From assembly GCF_009914755.1 (NCBI RefSeq), contig NC_060938.1: DNA of 64,000 nt, one strand, 5' to 3'. Of this stretch, positions 52,287-64,000 are shown one piece after another. The position numbers were made by a program, and so were the translations under genes. The stretch is from the human T2T-CHM13v2.0 reference genome, Homo sapiens. The notes under the pieces are model-generated. The model saw nothing but the letters and a program-made list of their open reading frames with translations. It did not search any database and was not told the DNA's origin. The stretch's first letter is position 1. Every line of letters begins with the position of its first letter.

Positions 52287-53476
52287 CTCTTGCTTTCTTT
52301 TAGTTCATTCCCTATGTGACCACCAGATTAATCTTTTATATAATACCAACCTGACCTCGTCACTCTTCTGAACCAGAGCGATTTCCTAGTGCCTTTAGGA
52401 TCAAGTTAAAACTTCTACATCAGCTGGATGCAGGAGGTCTTCTGGGGCATTTTTCAGCCTCAACTCAACTGTCACTCCCACTATACTGTGCAATTCAACT
52501 ATATTGATTGCTCTTGAGACTACACATATGCCAAGATTTCTCACTCTCATTTCTTGCCATCCGTGCTATTTCTTTTACCTTCCTATTTCAAAACCTGGCT
52601 AATGCCACTCATTTATCAGGTCTCACCTTAGTACTCCATCCTTTCAAAGGCATTTCTGACTGCCCCTTCCCTCTGCCCACAGCTTGAATTAAGAGCTCAT
52701 CCCTGATTTCATGGTAGTTTGGAAATATCTTTTTAGAAACCTTTATCATGCAAATTGCTCATTTTGATTTTCTGACTGTCTCCTCTTCTAAAAGAAGGCT
52801 TACTTGCAGTATTTTTTAATCTTTGTATTTCCATAGAGCATGACACTCAATAAATATATGAGTGTGTGAAAAACTGAATAAATGTGTGTATGTCTGTTTC
52901 TTTTAATAGAGTAAGTTATTTTAGGGAAGGGCCAATGACTCTTTTCTGCTTGTAGGCTCCACGTTTCCTAGCATGGTCCTTTGTATATAATAGTTGATCA
53001 ATAAGTAGTGTCTGAATAATGATATACATGTCTATCTTCCCCAGATCATTCTAAGTTTTTCAGCAAAAAGATTGTGTCATAAGAATTAGATAGCCTCCAG
53101 CACAACGAATTACAAATACTTCATACTCTAATGCACATGTTTAATTTTTGCTTGGAGTTGAACTTAAGTTATGGTACCTTATGAGAGAGTCAGGCAGCTT
53201 CTCTGTACTACATAAGCATGTACTCGATGAAGCTTGGGGTCAAAAACCTGGAAACTAAGTTTAGTTGGAAATTTAAATGCTGGAGACTGGATGCATCCTA
53301 GGAGTGGATTACTAGTATTGATACTCCTAGACAATTTTCTATTCTTATTTGGTTCTTTCTCCATAAACCTGACCAGTCCATGTATAGCAAGCCTCAAAGG
53401 ATGCAAGCCTTGTTCTGGTGTTTTTTATTGCAAGTCAAAGTCTATCAGGAGCTGAGGAATGAGCAGCAGTGGGAGG

Positions 53477-53935
53477 GTGTATTAATTTCCTGTGGTTGCT
53501 GTAACAAATTATCACAAATTTGGTAGCTTAAAAATAGTAATTTTATTTTCTCATAATTCTGGAGGTCATAAGTCAGTTTCACTGGGCTAAAATAAAGGTG
53601 TTAACAGGGCTGCATGTCCTCTTAAATGTCAAGGAGAGAATCTGTTGCTTGACTCTTCCCATTTCTGATAGCTGCCCATATTCCTTGGCTTGTGGCCCTT
53701 AATCTCTATCTCCATATTCACATCATCTCTCTGTCTGTATGTGTGATCTTCCTTTGCCTTCATCTTATAAGGATTCAAGTGCTTGCATTTAGGGTCCACC
53801 TGGAGAATACAGGATAGTCTCACCTCAAGATCCCTAACTTAATCACATCTGCAAAGACTCCTTTCCAAATAAAATAATATTTACAGTTTCCATGGATTAG
53901 GATATATCTTTGGGGAACATTATTCAGCCTACTAC
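53477..53935 (-). mobile_element. MLT1C-like MaLR LTR
   Basis: tgtattaatttcctgtggttgctgtaacaaattatcacaaa...cttaatcacatctgcaaagac...attcagcctactaca. Confidence 0.82.
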
Positions 53936-54794
53936 AGAGATACCTTTCTCTTTTTGTAGATTCAAAGTGCTTGATCTTCTAAGAACATTGTTTGCTTACA
54001 GACATATTTCAGGAGTAAATGACTTCCAAACTGATGGTCCGTTGAAAAAAAGCCTGGGGCTGCTGTCAGGAAAGGTCTAATTTAGGTCAGCCTAATGCCA
54101 CTGAACAGATGTATATGGCAACATTCCCAACTCCCATTAGGAAAATAAGCCATTAATTAATACTTATTGAGGAGCTGATAAGTAACTGGAAGAGCTGGTC
54201 TGAGTTCTGGACAAGGAATCAGTGACAATCAGTTTCCACTGTCTGGCTGTTGTGGGTAGATTGTGGTCCATCTCTGTAGGATAAAGTGTGCACAGTTGGC
54301 TTGGCACTCACTCTTCTGTGTCCAGCAGTAGCTCTTGCCATCTGTCTTATCAAGAGAATAAAAATGGGTCTAAGTTGTCACTGGGAGATTACTGAGTATC
54401 AGTGGACACTATGAGCTCGAGTGGGCAACCCCATGCAAGGTTAGAGCAGGGACTTCACCAATGTTTGAATTAGGGAACTTCAGTACCTAAAATTGGGATG
54501 CAGATGTTTCTTGACTTCTTCATGTCTTTTCCACCTCTTTCATATAATCTAAGGGGGATATGGACCTTGGAGGAGTCTTCCTCAAGGCTTTGGCAGGTGC
54601 TCCTAAACATGCTTCATCCATGCCTACTTGAGTGTAATCTGCTATCTTAAGCCACAGGCAGGAGAGATCAATTTTTCTAGTAACTTCTTTTATAATCCAG
54701 CTAGCTGAAGAAGTGTGATCAAAGAATCTTAAAAGTGTGATCTTGAAGAATCTTAGTTTCTCTTCTGTTGTAGAGAGAGGATAGTAATAGTTGC

Positions 54795-55200
54795 TAAGCC
54801 TATAGGCTCTGAAGCCAGACTTATCTCTATTTCCATGCTGGCTCCACTACTTAATAGCTGTGTGAGCTTAGGTAGATAATAAAATCTCAGATTCCCAGTT
54901 TTCTCAATTGTAAAATGAGGATAATAGTAACCAATATATGCAAGGTGCCAGGAGATATTCTAAGCATGTTACATGTATTTAACCTTCTTATTCTCACATC
55001 AACCCTATGAGGTAAATGTACTATTGTTATCCTACTTCAAAGATGGGAAAACTGAGGTACAGAGAGATTAAGTAACCTGTCTAGATCACACAGTAACAAG
55101 TCGCAGAACAAGAATTTCAACTCAGAGTATATGCTTCAACTCAGAATATACTTCAACTCAGCATATTTGCTGTTAACTATATTTTATGCTGCTTCTCGTG
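54795..55200. mobile_element. Two adjacent MIRs in opposite orientation
   Basis: cagttttctcaattgtaaaatgaggataata, followed by caaagatgggaaaactgaggtacagagagattaagtaac. Confidence 0.65.
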
Positions 55201-58200
55201 CCTCAGATTGTGAGGATCAAATAGGGTGGCCATCTATTCCAGGTCACCTTGGAAAGTTCTGGGTAATATCTCCTGTCCAGGTGAATTATTAATAGTGCCT
55301 CCTTCTTTTATTCTCAAAGGTATTGTCACATCTTGGTTTGAATATATTTCACATTTGGATTAAATAGTCTTTACATGTGAAACACTAAGAACAATGACCA
55401 ACCCATAGGAAGCTCTCTGTTAATATTAGCTATCACTGTTTCTACTACTGCCATCACCACCACTGTCACCATCACCCACATTCATCCCAAGTCTGGGACC
55501 CTTAGGGTTAGGGGATTAACCCAAGTTCTGCAAAGGCATGTCATGGGAGCCACTGTTCCCAGTTCCCACACCCGTAGCAGACATTGCTCATTGATCACAG
55601 TACAACAGTCTTCCTTACTTAGTGTCATAGACAACCATTCGTGATAGATCACGTTTGAGATGTGAAATTAAAATTATTTATCACACCTAGTTTTATTTAA
55701 TCTCAGAATACAAAATCCCAGCGTATGGAGAATCTGAATTTAGTCTGAGCTTGTGGTTTTATATGAAAACTTATTTGATTCCTAGAAGTGATAATGAATT
55801 TGGGACCTCTTTAGACATCCTATGTCCCTTTTCTCCAATATTTCTTTCTACCTATTTCTCTATTATTTCTACCTCTTCTTTTATATAAATATAAAAGAAA
55901 TTTAATTCATCAGTTTCCTATTCTCTGCCTATAATTTTATATGTTATAATAAAAGACTATTGAAATACTACCAAAGTGGACACAATATAAATAAGGCAAC
56001 GGAGTGAGTCATCATAGGAATTACAGTTGGCACCCAAGATCAAAGGCTTAGAAAATCTATCTTTAAATGTGATTTGTGTAACTGGTAGTGAAATTCATTT
56101 CAGGTTGATTTTGCATGGCATAAGGGACATCTAGTGGTGATCTAGGTCTCTGCAGATTTACTAAAGGTAATGCAAACTCATAGGTAAAAGTATTAGGGCC
56201 TATATACCATCACCTTGAAAGGGAGTCCCAAGAAAGGAGGGGACCTTTTGTTGCATGACTACTTTTAAGCTAGCAAAGTGTAAAGAAACCTTTTTTGGAA
56301 AAAAATTAATTCGAGTACCAGCATTTCTGTCTATATTATTGTCAGTTTGCACCCAACTCTTATTTGCTGCCTCCTGTACCAGGTTGGAAATCATTCTGTT
56401 ATCAGCTACCTGCCAACCTGACATATTCTTCCTATCACTTTCCCCACCTCTTTTGCTGATTGCAGAGGGGCTCTTTGGAGCACTTTGAAAAGCCACCTGA
56501 TTAAAGCCTTCGTTAGGCTAGAAGCAGAAGTGCTTCACAGGCCAGGCAAGAAATACTTTGTAATTGCTTCTGACGGGCAGATCTCCTTTGGCGGTTGCTA
56601 AGCCATCAGGAAGCCGTACAGCACTGGTCCACGTGTATTTTGTATAAATTAGTGGGCTTGACATTACAAGAGGTTGCCCCTATACGCAGTCATCTTCTTA
56701 GCCCCAGAGTTCTGGAACTTACCCATTGGCCTGCACCTCTTTATAGAACCCGTCTTACGCATGGTTCTGAACTAACTGCTTCTGTCACCTGGATTGCTTA
56801 CAATACCTGCTTGCCTCATGTGCTACTATTGTTTCCAACCAACTATGCTAGACTTCTTAAAGGTTCTATTTCATTGAATGCTTTTACAGTATTTTCTATG
56901 ACTCTTTTGTCTTTGAGCCTCTCAGATTAGCTTTTTCTACAAAAGCTGTTTGGCATGCCTATTGTCATCTATTTTCTTTCAGAGTAGCTGCTAACAGCCA
57001 GAAGCTGCTAGTTATGGCCAAAGGCCTCATTGTTGGAGAGTCGTTCTTGTTCTTTGACTCTAGGTAGAGAGGATGAAGGCTCTGAGATACTGTCTCAAAA
57101 CATTCATGTGTTTTCTATGACAAGTCAAAGCTACATTGTCATATTAGAGGTGTCCAGTAGCCCCTTAGCGTGCCTCAGAGTGGGAGGTAGTGTTGGCACC
57201 GAACTTTGTCAGCCAGTCTCTTAGAGGATCTTACTGGAGTTTGTGATTGAGCTTTTACTTCTTCTGTTAGTGTTCTGCTGAGACATATACACTAATGATA
57301 GCTGCCACTCTGGGGTGCGGAACTTTCCATATAGATTGCCTTAAAAATAAAAGCAAATTTTCTATGCATACATGCCGGGGAAAACTCTACTAAATATTCA
57401 GTGGTTCCAAGAAATGCCTTTTAACCATTTGTAATACTTTAGCTTTCTACCTTTTCATCTCATTACTTATTTTCAGGCAGAATAGATATAGAGGCTTCTT
57501 TCTGCATTATAGTCTTCACAGACTTAAAGGCATCAGGAAGTAGCCCTTGTGATTTTCCTTGCTCTTCTTCTTCCCATTTTTCCACCTCCTCCTGTAAGCA
57601 CGTACTTTGTGTCAGGCATTGAGAGATACAGAGAGAAAAGGCATAGGTTTCTCCCCTTGAGAGGCTCCTGGTCTACTGGAAGAAACAGACAATTCCAGCA
57701 CAATGTGATAGATACAATGATAGCAGTTAGAACATGAAGCCATGGGGGCGGAGAGGAAGAAATCAGCTGTGGGTGGGAATGGAGTGGGTAGAAATATTGA
57801 AGAAGGTTTCTAAAAAGAGGTGATGCCTAAACTGTGCCTCAAGTGGCGAATAGTAGTTATCCAGGTAGAGAATCCAGGCAAGATTTATCCCTGGAATGAT
57901 AAATTGGAGGACCTGCTGAACTTTTGTCAAGGCTGGTAACAATGAAGTGAGGACTAGATCAGGAAGAGGTTTTTATATAATGCTTCAAAGTTTGCATTTA
58001 ATTCTGAAGTTGATAAAGAACCATCGAACAATTTTAAGCAGAGAATGACATGTTATTCCCAGACATGTTAATAGTGAGACGATTAGAGTCATTTCTAGTC
58101 CTCGGAATAAAAATAACAGTAGTTTCCTAGTGGTTCAGCAAGGTATGTTTTAAATTTCGTCATCTTTTTAATCAAACTGCTTAAGGCTTCCTTTCTACTC

Positions 58201-59345
58201 TAATAGTTACCTTTTTCCCCTAATTGCATAATGTATATATTTTTAGAGCTTTTCATAATCAGGTACCACCTATTCATCTCATCTTAATTCCTCTGCTTTG
58301 TGACATGTAACTTTTACTCTACTGGAGTTGGTGCCCTCATCAAATATTCTAAAACAGAAGGAAATGTAGGCATTCTCTGGGTAGGTTTGTTTAGTGCCTA
58401 AGAAAATGCAGGAAATGAGAGTGTGTATTTATTGAGCTTCTACTATGTGCCACACACTTTGCTAAATACAGGGAATGCATTGGTTATCACATCAGAAACA
58501 CACAACCCATGTGTTTATGACGCTTAGTTTAGAGGATCGAAACAGTGCCATCCCTAGCAACCAGAGGGCACAGAAGTACAGTTTCAATCAAGTTTATGGT
58601 CATAGGTCCTTGTACATTAATTGACATGACAAATATATCTCACTCCAATTTTGATATGAAAAAATATTCCCCCCTTAATTGTCCTTCAACTTTCTCTGTG
58701 CATGTTGTTGGCAGCAATTGTGTCTCATGGTCTATCCTCCATGGTCTAGAGCTAAAGATACAGTGGTTATTTAGTACATTTACATGGGATTTTGTTTCTA
58801 ATATTCTAATATAGCTAATCAATTCATATTAACTTGGCTTTTGCGTTAGAGGATAAGAAAAGTGGAGAATAGGTTCATCTCAATTTCTGGCTCTCAGTGA
58901 CTGGTAGTTAACCTCCTGGAGCACTACCTTGAGAGGATTCTGAGGCTTCATCTGGGTTGAGTGGAAGTAGAATAGAAATATGTCTATTGATGATGAATGC
59001 CATCTGCTGGGAAAGGAGGGTAGAGGCACATATTTGCCAACATGGCTCTAAGAAATGGGAGAGCTGCTATCCAGTTGTGTCTGAAAAGATTAACTGGCAG
59101 CTAGAAACTTTTAAAACTACCCATTGACTAGTTCTATCTCGGAGAACTACACCCCCTACTTGCCAGTTCATGTCTTATGTCTCTGCCTGGGTCTGTCTAT
59201 GTCAAGTTCTTATTTGTTAACTTAGTAGAAGCTTAGTGGACTCTGTGAAAATGATAAAGCTTGAAAGAGCAAGCCTGTGATAGACTGTGATAGACTGAGC
59301 CTTTATAGTATCCTTAATGCTCTAGAAACTTGATTGACTGGAAAC

Positions 59346-59642
59346 TTTTTCTTTTTCTTTCTTTCTTTCTTTTTTTTTGAGATGGAGTCTCACTCTGTCA
59401 CCCAGGCTGGAATGCAGTGGCACAATCTCTGCCACCTGGGTTCAAGCGATTCTCCTGCTTCAGCCTCCCGAGTAGCTGGGATTACAGGCATCCACCACCA
59501 TGCCTGGCTAATTTTTGTACTTTTAGTAGGGACGGGGTTTCACCATCTTGGCCAGCCTGGTCTTGAACTCCTGACCTTGTTATCCACCTGCCTCGGCCTC
59601 CCAAAGTGTTGGGATTACAGGCGTGAGCCACTGCGCCCGGCC
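59346..59642 (-). mobile_element. Alu (AluS) with small internal deletion
   Basis: Reverse Alu with TSD tggaaa(c/t)tttt. Confidence 0.93.
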
Positions 59643-60956
59643 TGGAAATTTTTTCTATAAGATACACAAATACATTGCAGCCTGTTCCTGATCAGCCATT
59701 TAAGTGGAATAAAAGTCCTAAGAAAGTTCTTCTTGAGAAGAATAAAATTGAGACCTCCACTCTGAACAGGCATGGAGCATTCAATAAGGCAAAGGGTCAG
59801 AAATCTTGCTTAACTTCTTACTGTTCACATCTGTAACTGGGCATAAACCTATAGGATCATTTTCCTTTCACAAAGAATCCATCAAATAAATACTTGTTAA
59901 AGCCTACGCTTAACTTGAGCACCGGTAGTAATGACTCGCATTATCAGCGGGGCTTTTGGGCTTGCACTCATGGCTCTGTGATTCATGAGGGCAGAAAAAC
60001 TGACTGGCTTACAGCTGTCTCTCTTTTTCTGGCTGGCCTGCCTGCATGCCTAGATAACTGAATGGCTTTTTTCAGAATGAGGTATGGTCTAAGGATTTTG
60101 CTACTTCAACGTCAGTTTCCTGGATCTTTTCTTCTACTCCAGCTTGCCATATGTCCCTTTTATATTTTCTTGGCCACTCTCTTACAAATAGGGCCATAGA
60201 TCAGAGATGGTGGCCCCATCTGGTGAAATCTAGCTTTCAGATACGCTTTGTTTGACCCATAGAGTGTTGGATCACATAGAATTTTTAAAAATTAATTAAC
60301 TGTCAACATTGTACTATTGATTTCAACTTTATCTGGAGTCTTTTTAACTTTTATTTTGAGCTCTAGAACTTGGACATTTTCTGGCTCCTGCCTTGCAAGT
60401 CTGAACCTCAGTTCCAGTTTTCTATTTTTGGTGCTTAGTGTTTTCGTCTTTGGCAGATCCTGACCACTGTTAACAAAATATAAAGCATGAAAATGGTGGC
60501 ATCCATGCGATGCAGCAGTTGGGACTATGAGCCCCAGGTTGGATGTCAGCTGTATCTCAGCAGGTGGAGTTAGTTTACTGACCCCTGTTAGCAAGACCAG
60601 AGATGCAGATGTGACTCTGGTCATGCCAGATATTAGGTTTTTCAGACTTTGGGATCTAAGAGGACCATCTGCTGCCACATTTGTGCTTGGACTTCACTGT
60701 TAGAGTTTGATCAATGGCATCCTGTGATGAAAAATGATGTTCATGAATATGAATCTAAATCTGAGCAAGTGTTTGGTGTGTGTGCATCTCATAAATGTCA
60801 CATTAGGCAATTAAGTATATACAATTTATAAATAAGTATATGTAATTTATAAATACATATATGAAGTTCATAAATAAATAATATATAACTTATAAATAAA
60901 TATATAAAGTTATGATTTTATAGTTTATTAAATCCAGAGTTTTTCTTTTGTTGTAG

Positions 60957-61326
<370 letters not shown>

Positions 61327-64000
61327 TGAATCTTTCCTTCTTAATGACTCCATGCTATACTGTCTGTTGATTTATTCTGGCTTTTCTCAGTAAATAACAA
61401 AATTAATAGTGATCGCCATCACTTATTGAGTGCTTATCAAGGGTCAGAAACTATGTGAAGTACTTTTATATGTGGGACCATCATCTCCTTTATTTCTTAC
61501 AGTCCTATGTGGTAAGATATTATCTACATTCTACAGTATAAGAACATAGGCTGAGACAAGTTAAATATCGTGCCCAATGTAACACAGTTGGTAAGGTGTC
61601 CAAACCCTGGTTAGGGTGTCTCCAAAGGCCATAATCATGACCATGGCACTAAACTGCTACTTCAATCTAACATCTAATTTAATAAAGATATGAACATTTG
61701 TTAAGCACCTATATAGTTAGGAGCAATTTCAGATGTTAAAAGGTGTAATTCATATTTCTTGCTCATAAGGTGTTCGAAATCTATTGAAAAGACAAGACTT
61801 GTGCTGTACAAAGATAACAAAGTTGAGAGAGTTTTAAGTGATGAGTGAGTGGAGTGGACAGTTTAGCGGAGGGAGAAATCACAGCAGGCCCAAGTCATCA
61901 GCTGCCTGAGGGAGAGAAGGGAAGTGGGGCAGAGACAGTGGGATGTGTGATTCCGTGGAGACCCCAGAAGCAAGATTCTTTCACAACACTTCTTAGTCAT
62001 TCTTTTACCCTGAGTAGGAACGTTATGCAATAATAAGATTAGCCCAGAAGTTTTATCTAGAAGCTGTATCATCCTGGAAGCTGAAGAGAATAAGTTCATT
62101 TCATTATTATCTATTGTCAAAGGATTAAATTTGGAAGGGAGATAAGTATATATTTATTTTTTTGCTTGTTGTGAGTAAATGACTTTGCAGTTAGGTATAC
62201 AGTTGAAAAGCTTTATTGAGATTTGTAGTCAACTCTGCTCCACTCATGGTACCCCAATACTGGCTTCTCCACCATTCCATTTCTCCAACTTCAGAAAATG
62301 TCCACAGCGTCCTTACTTTCCAACATTCTCCACTGATGTGGAGTGGATCATTGGTGCTCAGGCCTCAAGTCACAAACCTGTGAGTGACATGGTCTTATCC
62401 GCTGACCTGGTGTTTTTTATTGAAGTTGTCCTCTATGCAGATAGTTTAAAAACAAGAGAAAAGAAAGACCAGGTGGTAAACCTCCTATTCCTTGTCTGGA
62501 GAAATAGTGCCAAGAAGCCATCTGGGCACTCCAGGGCACATGCCCACATCCCCTCATTCTTTCTAGTTCCCTTGCTGGAGTGCATAGGGATGGGGCATTT
62601 ACAACAGAACACGTGGAAACACATTCTCAGAAAGTTGAGAACAGAGTGGCCTGGGATAAGATGGCAGAGGGAGAGAAGAAAATACTTCTCTGAGTGGGGA
62701 CTGTCTCTAATTCTTAGTTTATTCTCATGCACCTGCCTTCTAACTCAAATACCTTGGAAGAATTTGAAGTAATAAGTGCATCATGTAGGGTTAGAATACT
62801 CTCTCTTTTTCCAATCAAGTGGGTTGGGCAAGAGGGCAGACAGCTTCCTCATTGGTAGGTAATAAAAGGATTCTGATTTATCAGATTGTGGGATCACCAA
62901 GTACCAGAGTAGCCAGGGAAATTCTCAAATGGATTTGAAAATCCTAGGGAAGGAGCACCATTTAGAGAGGCTGGAGAGAAGAGAAAGGCACTGCAGCCTA
63001 GGAAACCCAGTGAACAAGAATGCAGAAGCAATAACACCTGGGTTCATACAGAAACCTTTGAGGTGACCCCTAAGCGGGGAGGTATAGACATCCATTAGAA
63101 ATGGATTGTGCAGGAGGGGAAGGGCTTTGCACATCAAGATGGACTTGGGTGTGGTTTTTGTGCGTGACTAAGGGGTTTCTGCTTTGTGTGTAGGCATGGG
63201 GTACAGGAGGGCCTAGAAATTGCCCTCTCTGGAGCATATCCTTACCCCAGTGCAGTCAGAGAGATAAGGGCTCAAGTTCTGTTTATGCATTTAATAGCCT
63301 ACATGATCTTGGGCAAGTATGTATCCCTGCTGAACTCCATGTCTGTAAAATGGGGCTAATGCTACCTATTTCATTTGCTTATTGTGTATGATATAAAACA
63401 GTGTTTGCAAAGTACCCGGCACATGGTAGGCTCTTTTCTTATATTGTTCCGGCTCTCAGCTTGCTTTACTCCTGGTATTGCTCCTGTGTGTCTCTGTATT
63501 AAAGATCATGGAGGAATATAAGTATATTTTTTTCCTGAGAGACTTTGTCTTAACTTTGAGATTCTGTCCTCAGCTGTTTTACTGTCTGGTCTCCTAAGCA
63601 TGAGTCACGTGTCCAAACAGCAGTCTTTACAAGCCCATGGGTGGGATAGTAAGACCAGCTTGTCACTGTTTGTGACTCTGCTTCTGTACCTCCCAGTCTG
63701 TGTGACATCTTCCCCCATGGGGAGCCGTTTCTACTTTGTCTTTAATTGCTCCTCACCGAGGCGACTTGTCAGCCAAGGCTGCTTTCTGTCACTTGATGCC
63801 ACATCTCTTCCTATTTCAGCCAGCCATTTGGGGACATTCATTTAGTTGACAGTCTGATTTTACAGAGAACATTGTACCAGACAATAATTTGCCTTGTAAG
63901 GGGGTCCAGCAGGGTTTCCTGCCTCCATGCTGACCCAGGGTGCCAGTACACTTCTGCGTGGCTGTGGCTGTGGTTCTGCACAGAGCAGGTGGGGAAGGTA

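Noticed and set aside
60810-60925. Degenerate AT-rich tandem repeat of about 21 nt, superficially array-like
   Set aside because: Low-complexity slippage with no unique spacers. A CRISPR array is not plausible in this eukaryotic intron.
62179-62772. 197-aa ATG ORF
   Set aside because: No domain similarity, no convincing splice or promoter context, and a length compatible with chance in 64 kb.

Overview
Primate (human-like) genomic DNA inside the alpha-neurexin-3 gene (NRXN3), transcribed on the + strand. Three coding exons of the second LNS/laminin-G domain are visible. Two are constitutive: 302 nt at 3694-3995 and 162 nt at 9739-9900. Between them lies the alternative splice-site-2 (SS2) microexon, 7842-7865 or 7842-7886, encoding HSGIGHAM or HSGIGHAMVNKLHCL; the ORF track misses it. 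The remainder is intron filled with Alu, L1, L2/MIR, MaLR LTRs, a near full-length Tigger1 and a MER41B LTR. Main leads: (1) a dense splicing-control region around SS2, with a TACTAAC/ACTAAY cluster, an upstream decoy AG, five downstream TGCATG sites, G-quadruplexes and a possible long-range RNA duplex; (2) a 274-nt AG-free pyrimidine tract ending at a candidate poison exon at 16603-16663; (3) a MER41B LTR carrying three intact GAS (STAT) motifs; (4) two near-perfect non-Alu hairpins at 40913-40991 and 46765-46866. Repeat subfamily names come from remembered consensus sequences, and boundaries of old repeats are approximate.
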